This document shows, in pieces, positions 18,363 to 28,700 of a stretch of 35,301 nucleotides of DNA (position 1 is its first letter; each line of letters opens with the position of its first letter). Below the pieces are notes generated by a model. The model did not search any database, was not told the DNA's origin, and saw nothing but the letters and a program-made list of their open reading frames with translations. The stretch covers positions 1-35,301 of the forward strand of contig DFBF01000072.1 of the NCBI GenBank assembly GCA_002367285.1, in the 5' to 3' direction. Source of the DNA: Rhodobacteraceae bacterium UBA3087 (GTDB lineage: Bacteria > Pseudomonadota > Alphaproteobacteria > Rhodobacterales > Rhodobacteraceae). The position numbers were made by a program, and so were the translations under genes.

Positions 18363-20498
18363 ATGGCAGAGAGTAAGCCACATGAACACTCACTGGTCTG
18401 GATGTCTGGCGGATATCAGGCCCAGGATATTCTGCTGAAGCGCGCGATTGTTCGCGAAGGGCTTAGCAAACTTACCGAGACCACAGTTGAATTTCAGTCA
18501 AAAAACAAAGCGGTCAAGCTGGAGGGGTTCGTCGGACAGGCCATGAATGTGCACATCATGGCTGAGGGCGGCAAGGAACGAATGTTCACCGGTGTGTGTG
18601 TATCAGCTGAAAACCTTGGGTTTCGCGACGGGTATGGCCATTACGTGGCCGAAGTTCGGCCCTGGTTCTGGATGCTGACCCGCACCCAGGACTGCCGGGT
18701 GTTTCAGGAGATGCACGTCGTAGATATCATCACTCAAGTCTTAAAAGACCGCGGGTTTTCCGAAATTCAGAACCGGTTAAGCGACACCTACGAGGTGCGC
18801 GCCTATTGCGTTCAATACCGCGAGACAGATTATGATTTCGTCTGCCGCCTGATGGAGGAAGAGGGCATCTATTACTATCTGGACAACAAGATGGATGCCA
18901 ACAAAATTGAAAAGCTTGTCCTGTGTGATGGCGTGGGCGGACATTCACCGGTGTCCGGCAATTCGACTTTGGAATATCACGCGCGCGATAATAAAGACCG
19001 CAGACGCGAGGATCACATTGCCGAATGGGCCGCCGAAGAAAGCCTGACGAGGGGCAAGGTAACCCTGAACGATTTTGACTTTATGAATCCAACGGGTGAA
19101 CAGAAAGCCATCAGCACGATCGAAAATGGCGATCACAGATACTTTAAACACGAGGTTTACGACTATTCCGGCCACCATCACGGTGAAAACGCCAGTGTCA
19201 AACAAGCCAGTCCAGCTAAAAAAGTTGTAGCGACCAAGCAGGCGCAAGTCCGGATGGAAGCCGAGGCGATCCGCCACAAACGCTGGCGCGGGGCAGGCAG
19301 TGTGCGCACCCTGGGCACCGGCAATTGGTTCAAGCTGCAGGACCACCCGGATGCTGATGCCAACAAGGAATACCTGGTTACTGACGCCATCCACTATATT
19401 CAGGTCTCATCAGATTTTGCCGATAAGGATCTGCGCCACGATCTTGACGCGCGGAACATGGATTTCCCCGAAGAGATGAAGGGCGATGCCTATGCCTGCA
19501 CCTTTGGCGCGATCCCCAAACTGGACCAGTTTCGCGCCCCACTGACGACGCCATGGCCGGAAATATCCGGGCTGCACACGGCTATTGTTGTGGGCCCCAG
19601 CGGCGAAGAGATTCACACTGACAAATACGGCCGGATCAAGGTTCAGTTCCATTGGGACCGCAAAGGCAAGAAGGACGAAAAATCGTCCTGCTGGGTCCGC
19701 GTGGTCACGCCATGGTCGGGTAAGAACTGGGGCATGGTCGCGGTGCCGCGCATGGGCCAGGAGGTGGTCATTCAGTTTGAAGAGGGCGACCCGGACAGGC
19801 CGATCTGTTCGGGTATGCTTTACAATGAAGACACAATGCCGCCCTACAAGTATCCTGACGATCAGACGCAGGTCGGGATACGGACGGATTCGTCAAAGGA
19901 TGTCAATGACGCCAAGGCGTATAATGAGCTGATGTTTGACGACAAAGCGGACAGTGAAATGATGCGCGTGCAGGCGCAAAAAGACCATCAGATGCTGATC
20001 AAGAACAAATCAGTGGTCACCATCGGTCTGGATGAGGTTGATACCGGTGATCATGATGATGAAGGCAGTTTAAGCCAGGTGGTCCAAAACCATGTTACGG
20101 AGATGATCAAGGATGGTGATCACTACGTCACCATCGAAAAGGGCGACGAAGAGATCAAGATAGAGACCGGCAGCCAGCTGTTGGAGATCAAGAAGGACAA
20201 GACTCAGACGATAGAAGGCAAACACACCAAGACGATCACTGGAAATGACGCCACAACCGTCAAAACCGGCAACATGACGGTCGACGTCAAATCGGGCAAG
20301 ATCACGATGACGGCGGCGATTGAAATCATGCTTAAGGTTGGGGGATCATCGATCAAAATCGACAATTCAGGTGTGACGATCAAAGGCCCGATTATCAAAA
20401 TCCAGGCCGACGGCATGGCAGAAATGAAAAGTCCGGCCACCACAGTCAAAGGCGACGGAATGCTGACCCTCAAGGGTGGCATTACGATGATCAACTAG
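18363..20498 (+). CDS. vgrG: T6SS spike VgrG (TssI), no C-terminal effector extension
   Basis: YCVQYRETDYDFVCRLMEEEGIYY, DKYGRIKVQFHWDR, PRMGQEV and GDPDRP motifs; beta-repeat C-terminus. Confidence 0.97.
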   Translation: MAESKPHEHSLVWMSGGYQAQDILLKRAIVREGLSKLTETTVEFQSKNKAVKLEGFVGQAMNVHIMAEGGKERMFTGVCVSAENLGFRDGYGHYVAEVRPWFWMLTRTQDCRVFQEMHVVDIITQVLKDRGFSEIQNRLSDTYEVRAYCVQYRETDYDFVCRLMEEEGIYYYLDNKMDANKIEKLVLCDGVGGHSPVSGNSTLEYHARDNKDRRREDHIAEWAAEESLTRGKVTLNDFDFMNPTGEQKAISTIENGDHRYFKHEVYDYSGHHHGENASVKQASPAKKVVATKQAQVRMEAEAIRHKRWRGAGSVRTLGTGNWFKLQDHPDADANKEYLVTDAIHYIQVSSDFADKDLRHDLDARNMDFPEEMKGDAYACTFGAIPKLDQFRAPLTTPWPEISGLHTAIVVGPSGEEIHTDKYGRIKVQFHWDRKGKKDEKSSCWVRVVTPWSGKNWGMVAVPRMGQEVVIQFEEGDPDRPICSGMLYNEDTMPPYKYPDDQTQVGIRTDSSKDVNDAKAYNELMFDDKADSEMMRVQAQKDHQMLIKNKSVVTIGLDEVDTGDHDDEGSLSQVVQNHVTEMIKDGDHYVTIEKGDEEIKIETGSQLLEIKKDKTQTIEGKHTKTITGNDATTVKTGNMTVDVKSGKITMTAAIEIMLKVGGSSIKIDNSGVTIKGPIIKIQADGMAEMKSPATTVKGDGMLTLKGGITMIN

Positions 20499-20508
20499 GT
20501 GGTGTGTC

Positions 20509-21102
20509 ATGACTTATAAATTCGATAATCTGGTCAAGTTTCCCACAGATCCTGTGGCTAAACTGCTGTCCCATGCCAACGTTATTCTGAAAACTCCGCT
20601 GCAAGCGCCAGCAAGCGCGGGCGCTGAAATTGTGCTGGCCGAGCTGGCCGAAAAAGGAGCGCTGATTGATCTGCTGCGCCTTCTGGCCATCCTGTTGCCA
20701 CCACGCGAACGTGTCTGGTGGGCCTGCATGGCGGCGCGGGATTATGTTGGCCCGCGATCTGAAGCGGATCCGCTGTCACTGTCAACATCGGAAACCTGGG
20801 TGTTCAACCCGTCCGAAGAAAACCGTAACGCGGCGCGGAACTCTCTGGATCATGCTTATATTGATGATGACACGGTAAACTGTGCATTGGCGGTTCTTTA
20901 TTCTGACGGCACATTGGGGCCTGGTGATCTGGCAGAGTACCCGGCGCCTGCAGGTGCATCCGAGACTGCCGCGTTTGTCATGAATATGGTAGCGTTAGGG
21001 GAACTATCTGATAAGTTTGAAGAGCATGGCCAGATCTTGATCAACCGTGCCTTGAATATCGGGCAGGGCGGCAATGGCAAGACCCAGCTAAGCGAAACAT
21101 AA
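20509..21102 (+). CDS. DUF6931-like VgrG/PAAR-associated protein
   Basis: LLAILLPPRERVWWAC motif and position between vgrG and PAAR; family recalled from memory, not searched. Confidence 0.65.
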   Translation: MTYKFDNLVKFPTDPVAKLLSHANVILKTPLQAPASAGAEIVLAELAEKGALIDLLRLLAILLPPRERVWWACMAARDYVGPRSEADPLSLSTSETWVFNPSEENRNAARNSLDHAYIDDDTVNCALAVLYSDGTLGPGDLAEYPAPAGASETAAFVMNMVALGELSDKFEEHGQILINRALNIGQGGNGKTQLSET

Positions 21103-21120
21103 AACAGGGGAGAAAATCAG

Positions 21121-21420
21121 ATGGGTCAACCACAAGCCCGTGTATCCGACCTGCACTTGTGCAATGTGCCGGCCCCGACTGTGCCGCCGGTGCCGGCCCC
21201 GATGCCAATCATTCCGCCCTGTTGCCCGACAGTGCTGGTGGGCAAATTGCCTGCTGCGCGGGTGACAGATATGCACGCCGCTGCCCCTGCGCCGCATCCG
21301 ATTGTCAAAGGGTCGATGACCGTTCTGATCGGCAAAATGCCTGCGGCGCGGATGGGCGATCTGGGGGCCTGCGGCGGCGCGATCCTAAAGGGTGAATTCA
21401 CCGTGCTGGTCGGTGGCTGA
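21121..21420 (+). CDS. PAAR-repeat spike tip protein
   Basis: PQARVSD, PAARVTD and PAARMGD repeats with His/Cys candidate zinc ligands; 99 aa, no extension. Confidence 0.95.
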   Translation: MGQPQARVSDLHLCNVPAPTVPPVPAPMPIIPPCCPTVLVGKLPAARVTDMHAAAPAPHPIVKGSMTVLIGKMPAARMGDLGACGGAILKGEFTVLVGG

Positions 21421-21428
21421 AGGGTACA

Positions 21429-22898
21429 ATGACAGTCACGCTTAAATTCCAGTCCTCCGGTACGATCCCGGGCGGTGCCCAGCCGACGCAGATGCGCGGG
21501 GGCAGCCTGGCAATCGGGCGTGGCCCGGAAAATGATATGGTTTTGCCGGATCCCGACAGGATGCTGTCCAAGAACCATTGTGTAGTCGAAGACCATAACG
21601 GCAATGTGCTGGTGGTGGATCTGTCGACCAATGGCACCTTTTTGAATTATTCCAAAATCCCGCTGGGCAGGATTCCGACACCGCTGAACAATGGTGATAT
21701 TCTGTGCATCGGCACTTATGAATTGCTGGTCGAAATCGGCGGCGAGTTGCCTGATTTCGACGACAGGATAGCCGCTCCGACGACCCAGGCCCAGGTGTCA
21801 CCTGGCGTGGCCGAAAATGCGCCTGACCCGATGCGCCTGCTGGAGGATGCACAACCGGGCGGGGATTTCCTGGATGATCTGCTGGGCAGTGAAGGCGGGC
21901 CGACCGGACCATCGCAACTGAACCCCGTTGACCCGATTGACGAACTTCTGCCGCCATTGGGTGAAGACGAGGATCCGTTTTTTCAGAAACCTGAAGACGG
22001 GCGCGAAGGCACAGGCGCCAGTCTGGGAATGCACAGCTCGACTGCTCAGGACAGTTTCCACTCGCAGGCACCCTCAACCAGCCAGATCCCCGAAGACTGG
22101 GACGATTTGCTGGGCCCGCCAGTGTCATCACAACCCGTGCCCGAATTCTTGCCAGAGCCTGCGCAAGCACCCCGCGTAAAAACGCCCCCGGTGCTTCCCG
22201 TGGCAGATGGCATAACGGGCGCTACCCAAGTATCTGTCCCCGCATCTGCACCGGAAACTATACCGCAACCACCCGCCCCGGTGGCAGAGGGTCAAATCGC
22301 TGCCCCGACAGGTGACGGTGACGCGGCACGTGCCTTTCTGGCGGCTGTCGGGGCCGAGGATGCTCAGATTGCTGACGCAGATCTGACCGCGACGATGGCC
22401 CGGATGGGGCGGGTGATGAAGACGTTGGTTACCGGGCTGCGCGAAATCCTGATGACCCGCACGTCGATCAAATCTGAATTCCGCATCGAACAGACGATGA
22501 TCGGGGCAGGCAGCAACAACCCCCTGAAATTCTCGATTAGCCCGGAACAGGCGATTGACGCGATGGTGCGGCCAACCACCAAGGGCTATCTCAGCCCGGA
22601 AGCTGCTGCCGAACAGGCGTTGAATGACATCAAGGCGCATGAAATCGCCATGGTCACCGGGATGGAAGCGGCGCTAAAAGGCGTACTGACCAAGCTGAAC
22701 CCCGAAGTTCTGGCCGGTCAGATCGAAACCAGCGGCGCCTTTGGCAGCCTGTTGCGTGGGAAAAAAGCGCGGTATTGGGAAGTTTACGAAAAAATCTATG
22801 CCGAGATCTCGGATCAGGCCGAATATGATTTTCACGACTTGTTCAGCCGTGAATTCGCGCGGGCGTACAAGGAACAGCTGGACAAGCTGAAAGAATAA
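21429..22898 (+). CDS. tagH: T6SS FHA-domain protein TagH (Fha)
   Basis: FHA motifs IGRGPEND, SKNHC and DLSTNGTF; Pro/acidic linker; C-terminal NNPLKF, DIKAHEIAM and F..AY.EQ motifs. Confidence 0.95.
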   Translation: MTVTLKFQSSGTIPGGAQPTQMRGGSLAIGRGPENDMVLPDPDRMLSKNHCVVEDHNGNVLVVDLSTNGTFLNYSKIPLGRIPTPLNNGDILCIGTYELLVEIGGELPDFDDRIAAPTTQAQVSPGVAENAPDPMRLLEDAQPGGDFLDDLLGSEGGPTGPSQLNPVDPIDELLPPLGEDEDPFFQKPEDGREGTGASLGMHSSTAQDSFHSQAPSTSQIPEDWDDLLGPPVSSQPVPEFLPEPAQAPRVKTPPVLPVADGITGATQVSVPASAPETIPQPPAPVAEGQIAAPTGDGDAARAFLAAVGAEDAQIADADLTATMARMGRVMKTLVTGLREILMTRTSIKSEFRIEQTMIGAGSNNPLKFSISPEQAIDAMVRPTTKGYLSPEAAAEQALNDIKAHEIAMVTGMEAALKGVLTKLNPEVLAGQIETSGAFGSLLRGKKARYWEVYEKIYAEISDQAEYDFHDLFSREFARAYKEQLDKLKE

Positions 22899-22932
22899 GA
22901 GGCCGATAAAGGGCCACAAGAAGGAGAAGCAT

Positions 22933-24273
22933 GTGTCCTGGGACAGCAAGGTGCTATGGACCGAGGGGTTGTTTCTGCAACCCCATCATTTTCAGCAAGC
23001 CGATCGGTATACCGAGGCGCTGATTACCGGGCTGGCGCGGCGCGTCCGGCCCTATGCCTGGGGTGTCAGTGCGCTGGAAATTGATCATGACGTTCTAAAG
23101 GTCGGGCAGTTTGCGCTGAAGTCCTGCGCCGGGTTAACGCAGGACGGAACCGTGTTCCGGGTGCCAATGGCGGACAATCACCCGCCCGCGTTGGAAGTGC
23201 CGGAAACGGTCAAGGATTGTGTGGTGTACCTGACCGTCCCGCAGCGCCGTCAGGGCGCGATCGAGGTGGATCTAAGCGGCGCCGAAATGTCTGCCAGCCG
23301 GTTGCGGCCTTCCGAGCAGGAAGTGACCGACACGATGGGTCAGGACAAAAAGCCGGTGGTGCTGGGCGTCGGTAAGATGCGGCTGCAATTTGCGCTGGCT
23401 GTGGATGACCTGGCTGATCGGCTGGCCATCCCGGTGGCCCGGATTATCGAGGTACGCCCCGACAAGGAAATCATCCTGGACCAGTCGTTTATTCCCAGCT
23501 GTCTGGACGTGCGCGCCGCCCCGGCGCTGGATGGGTTTGTGCGTGAATTGGAAGGCTTGCTGTCGCATCGGATGCAGGCGCTGGCCGGGCGGATGTCCGA
23601 AGGCGGCGGCGCACGCGGTGCTGCCGAAGTGTCGGATTTCATGCTGCTGACCATCGTCAACCGGATGCTTCCAGTGATCCGCCACATGGCCAGCATCGAA
23701 AATCTGCACCCCGAGGACGTGTTTCGCACCTGCGTCGGGCTGGCGGGCGAATTGTCGGTGTTCATGACATCAGACAAGGAACCCCCGGTCTTTCCACCCT
23801 ATAAACACGATGATCTGACGTCCAGCTTTACCCCGGTGATCCGCACGCTGCGGCAATACCTTAGCTCTGTTCTGGAACAGACGGCGATTGCGATTGCGCT
23901 GGAAGAACGCAAATACGGCATCAGCGTCGGCGTCATTGCTGACCGCAAATTGCTGGGCAATGCCGGGTTTGTGCTGGCCGTAGATGCCGATATCCCGGCC
24001 GAGGACGTGCGCCGCCATTTTGCCGGACAGGCCAAGATCGGCCCGGTCGAGGAAATCCGCCAATTGGTCAACTCGGCCCTGCCGGGGATCACCCTGCGTC
24101 CGCTGCCGGTGGCGCCGCGGCAAATCCCCTATCATGCGGGCGTTGTCTATTTCGAGATGGACGCCGACAGCCCCTATTGGGCCAAAATGACGACATCGGG
24201 CGGCATCGCGGTGCATGTGTCAGGCCAGTATCCGGGCCTGAAGATGGAGCTTTGGGCCATCCGGAACACCTGA
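22933..24273 (+). CDS. tssK: T6SS baseplate connector TssK
   Basis: KVLWTEGLFLQPHHFQQ, LPVAPRQIPYHAG and ELWAIR motifs; GTG start after AAGGAG. Confidence 0.97.
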   Translation: MSWDSKVLWTEGLFLQPHHFQQADRYTEALITGLARRVRPYAWGVSALEIDHDVLKVGQFALKSCAGLTQDGTVFRVPMADNHPPALEVPETVKDCVVYLTVPQRRQGAIEVDLSGAEMSASRLRPSEQEVTDTMGQDKKPVVLGVGKMRLQFALAVDDLADRLAIPVARIIEVRPDKEIILDQSFIPSCLDVRAAPALDGFVRELEGLLSHRMQALAGRMSEGGGARGAAEVSDFMLLTIVNRMLPVIRHMASIENLHPEDVFRTCVGLAGELSVFMTSDKEPPVFPPYKHDDLTSSFTPVIRTLRQYLSSVLEQTAIAIALEERKYGISVGVIADRKLLGNAGFVLAVDADIPAEDVRRHFAGQAKIGPVEEIRQLVNSALPGITLRPLPVAPRQIPYHAGVVYFEMDADSPYWAKMTTSGGIAVHVSGQYPGLKMELWAIRNT

Positions 24274-24322
24274 GGGCCGGATGAAACAGGGGCCAAAAAC
24301 GGCTTAGGAATTGGGAAACAAG

Positions 24323-25747
24323 ATGTCTGATCAGGAAGACCCGTTTGCAGAGCCCAATGACACCGACAAAACGGTGATCAGGCCCAATCCAGGTGGGCGG
24401 CGCACGCCCGTAACGCCCGCGCCCGCAGCCCCGATTGCACCCCCGGCAGACCCGGTGGCGCCTGCGGCAGATATGGATTCCTTTGGCGTGCCGCAGGCAG
24501 CGGCCCCCGCCCCGAAACCCGGCGCCAGGCCGGGGGGTGGCAATGCCAAACTGTCGATGACCGGGATGAACCAGCTGACGGCCTGTGCCAGCACGCTGTT
24601 TTCGCTGATCTCGCGCATCCGCAACCGCGCGCAACACATGGATCCGGACAAGCTGCGCCAAAGCGTGGTGGCCGAGGTGCGGGCCTTTGAAAACCGGGCG
24701 TTGCAGGCCGGGATATCTGCCCAAAACGTCAAGGTAGCGCGCTATGCGCTGTGCGCGACGCTGGACGATGTGGTGTTGAACACGCCCTGGGGTGGGCAAT
24801 CCAGTTGGGGGCTGCAATCCATGGTGGGCACGTTCCACCGCGAAACGGTGGGCGGTGACCGGTTTTATGACCTGCTGGCGCGGCTGGAAAAGGAACCATC
24901 CGCCAATATCGACATGCTGGAATTCCTGTATATGTGTCTGTCGCTGGGGTTCGAGGGTCGTTTGCGCATTGAACAGGGCGGACAGGAAAAGTTGTTGCAA
25001 ATCCGCGCCGCCCTGGCCCGGATCATCCGCGCCCAGCGTGGCCCGCTGGAATGGGATCTGTCGCCCCATTGGCAGGGCGAGAAAAAGCCGTTCAAAGCAT
25101 TATCCGCCTGGCGTCTGGTCTGGATCGCCGTCGGCGTCACCGCACTGTTGCTGACCCTGCAGTTTGCCGGGCTGTCTTATGCCCTGTCCACCTCAACCGA
25201 GCGGGTGATTGGCCAGTTGGCGATTACCGACAGCGGGCCGGTGGCTGAACTGCACCGCCGCGCACCGCCACCACCCCCGCCGCCGCCCGCGCCAACGGCT
25301 GAACAACAGTTGAAAAAGGTCGAAGGCTTTCTGCAGGCACAGATTGATGACGGCACGGTCGAAGTGTTCCAGAAAGGCAATACGCTGATCATCCGCATCA
25401 AGGGTTCTGGTATGTTCGGATCCGGGTCAGACGCGCTGCAAAAGGCCTTTGTTGTGCCGGTGGATCAGGTGGCCAAGGCGCTGAATGACGAATCCGGGCC
25501 GGTGATTGTGGTGGGCCATTCCGACAATGTGCCGATCCGCTCGTCGCGGTTCCCGTCCAACATGCACCTGTCGCTGGCACGGGCCAAATCGGTGATGGCG
25601 GGCATGGCCTCTGTAATGGAAGACCCGTCGCGGCTGACCGCCGAAGGGCGCGCCGACAAAGAACCGATTGCCGATAATGGCACCAAGGCGGGCCGGGCAA
25701 GCAACCGGCGGATCGAAGTTTTGCTGGTGCAGGAGTCTGACAAATGA
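24323..25747 (+). CDS. tssL: T6SS TssL (DotU) fused to a C-terminal OmpA peptidoglycan-binding domain
   Basis: ARYALCATLDD, GGDRFY and CLSLGFEG motifs; one TM segment; OmpA motifs GHSDNVP, LSLARA and NRRIE. Confidence 0.96.
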   Translation: MSDQEDPFAEPNDTDKTVIRPNPGGRRTPVTPAPAAPIAPPADPVAPAADMDSFGVPQAAAPAPKPGARPGGGNAKLSMTGMNQLTACASTLFSLISRIRNRAQHMDPDKLRQSVVAEVRAFENRALQAGISAQNVKVARYALCATLDDVVLNTPWGGQSSWGLQSMVGTFHRETVGGDRFYDLLARLEKEPSANIDMLEFLYMCLSLGFEGRLRIEQGGQEKLLQIRAALARIIRAQRGPLEWDLSPHWQGEKKPFKALSAWRLVWIAVGVTALLLTLQFAGLSYALSTSTERVIGQLAITDSGPVAELHRRAPPPPPPPPAPTAEQQLKKVEGFLQAQIDDGTVEVFQKGNTLIIRIKGSGMFGSGSDALQKAFVVPVDQVAKALNDESGPVIVVGHSDNVPIRSSRFPSNMHLSLARAKSVMAGMASVMEDPSRLTAEGRADKEPIADNGTKAGRASNRRIEVLLVQESDK

Positions 25748-28700
25748 TCCGCCGCTTTATCTTTCCCCTGTTCAAGTCGATCTATTCGCTGCTGATCATC
25801 GTCGCCGCGATCCTGTCGGCCTGTATTTGGTATTTCGCCCCGCTGATCGGCGGAGAAACCTGGCGCCCGTTTGACAGCATCACCAGTCGGGTTGTCACCA
25901 TATCGGTGATCTGGGTGTTCTTCCTGTCCCTGATCATCTTCATCTTCTGGCGCCGCCGCCGCCGCGACAAGCAGATGACCGAAGAGATCGCGGAATCGGT
26001 CGAAGACATCGGCGACGATCTGATTTCCGAAGAATTCGGAGAGATGCGCGGCAAGTTCAAGACCGCCATGGCCGAGCTGCGCAAATCCAAGAACGGGCGG
26101 CGCCATCTGAACGAACTGCCGTGGTACGTGATGATCGGCCCGCCCGGCGCGGGTAAGACCACGGCCATCGTCAATTCCGGCCTGCAATTCCCGCTGGCCG
26201 AAAAGATGGGTAAATCTGCCATCGGTGGGGTTGGCGGCACCCGCAACTGCGACTGGTGGTTTACCAACAACGCGGTGCTGATCGACACTGCCGGGCGCTA
26301 TACCACCCAGGAAAGCGACGCCGAAACCGATAACGCCGCCTGGCTTGGTTTCCTTGGCCTGCTCAAGAAATACCGCAAGCGCCAACCGATCAACGGCGCG
26401 ATGATTGCCATCAGCCTGTCGGACCTGTGCTTGCAGGATGAGATCACCCAGAAAAGCCACGCCCAGGCCGTGCGCCGCCGCCTGAACGAGCTGCGCGAAA
26501 AGCTGGGCGTTCGGTTCCCGGTCTATGTGCTGTTCACCAAGGCCGATCTGATCGCCGGGTTCTCGGAATTCTTTGACAATCTGGGCAAGGATGACCGCGA
26601 ACAGGTTTGGGGTTTTACCCTGCCGCTGGACAACTCCAAGGCTGAATCGTCGCCCATGGCGGCCTTTGATCAGGAATTTGCCCTGCTGCTAAGCCAGTTG
26701 AACGCCCAGTCGCTGGAGCGAATGCAATCCGAAACCGATCACCAGCGGCGCGCACTGGTGGCTGGTTTTCCGTCGCAAGTGGCATCCATGCGCGGCGTGG
26801 CGCGGGAATTCCTGACCGAGGTGTTTCAGGACAACCGCTATGAAAAGCGCCACATGCTGCGCGGCGTCTATTACACGTCCGGCACCCAGGAAGGCACGCC
26901 GATTGACCGGCTGATGCTGGGTATGGCGCAGACATTCGGCATTGGTCGCCAGGCGATTGGCACCGGGCAGGGCACGGGCCGGTCATTTTTTCTGACCCGG
27001 CTGTTTGAAGGCGTGGTGTTCCCCGAGGCGGGGCTTGTGTCATCTGATGACAAGGTAGAACGCCGCTATCGCTGGACGCGGCGCGCCGCGATTGCCGCCA
27101 CGGTTTTGGTGGCCATTGGCACTGGCGCGCTGTGGGTGCGCAGCTATCTGGGCAATAGGGACCTTATTAAACAAGCCGCGGAACAGGTCGAACTGTATCA
27201 GGCCGCTGCTGCTACCCTGCCGCCCAGCCCGGTGGGCGACACCGATCTGCCGCCCGTTGTGGCCGCGCTGAACAACCTGCGCGACCTGCCCGCCAATCCG
27301 GTGCTGGACGATCCGGACCCGGAAACCCGCCTGACCTATGGCTTGTATCAGGGCGAGGTCATCGGCACCCAGGCCGCGCAAACCTATCGTGCGGCGCTGA
27401 ACCAGCGGTTCCTGCCCCGACTTCTGCTGCGGCTTGAGGAACAGATGGCCGCCAACCTGAACAACCCTGACATCCTGTATGAAGCGCTGAAAATCTATCT
27501 GATGCTCGGGCTTCAGGGGCCGATGAATACCGATCTGGTCAAGGAATGGATGCAGATCGACTGGTCGCTGGCCTATTCCGGTGTTGTGCGCCAACCGTTG
27601 CGTGATGACCTGAATGACCACCTGAATGCGCTGCTGTCTCAGCCGATGGAAGAGATCGCGCTGAACGGCCCACTGGTGGAACAGGCGCAGGGGTTGCTAT
27701 CGGAAATGCCACTGGCGCAGCGGGTTTATACCGGCATCGTCAACAGCCCAGCCGCCACCGCGCTGCCGAAATGGCGGATCAGCGATGCCGCCGGGCCTGC
27801 GGTAAAACGGGTGATGACCCGATCTTCTGGCAAGGCTTTGAACGAAGGGGTCGAGGGTATTTTTACCTATTCCGGGTTCAACGATGTCTTTCTGCCCGAA
27901 GCGGTCAGCGTCGCCGAACGGGTGCAAAGCGAAAGCTGGGTTCTTGGCCCGCGCGGCGAGGCCGAACAGACCGAAGGCGCGCTGCTGGCGCTTAGCCGCG
28001 ATGTGTTGGACCTTTATTACAACGACTTCATCGCGCGCTATGACAGCATCCTTGGCGACGTTGATATCATCCCGATGGAATCCCTGTCCCACGCGGTTGA
28101 GGTCACCAATGTGCTGTCCGGGCCGACGTCCCCCATCGTGAACCTGCTGACCGAGATTTCCAGGGAAACCCGCCTGACCGAGGATCGATCAACCCTGGAC
28201 GCGGAATCGCTTTCGGGAGGGGCGTCACAGGTGGCGGCGATCGAGGCGCGGTCGAACCTAAGTGTTCAGGGCCAGATCTTGATGGAGGCGTTGGTTAACT
28301 CTGCCACCAACAGTGGTGGCGAGCCGCCAAAGCCTCCGGGGTCGTATGTGGAAGAACGGTTCGAATGGCTGCACCAGCTTGTGGATCGCGTCGAAGGCCA
28401 GCCGTCGCAGCTCGACAGCCTGATGGGTGTTCTGACCGAGGTCTATCAAGAGCTGAACAAGATGTCCTTTAGCGGAGTCAGCAGCGGGGCCGAGGGCGGC
28501 CAGTCGCTGGTGCAGTTTCAGCAGGTCGCCAGCCGGATTGACGGGCCGGTCCAGCGCTGGGCGTCACAGATCACCACCGGGTCGTCCGGTATCGCCGCCG
28601 ACGGCACACGCGCGTCGATTAATGCCCGCTGGCAGGCCAGCGTGCTGCCATTCTGTCAGCAGGCACTGGATAACCGCTATCCGTTCAACCGGCGGGCACA

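Noticed and set aside
22931-23023. Out-of-frame ATG overlapping the tssK GTG start (possible frameshift or leader peptide)
   Set aside because: The GTG at 22933 has suitable RBS spacing and gives a full-length TssK; nothing supports the 30-codon alternative.
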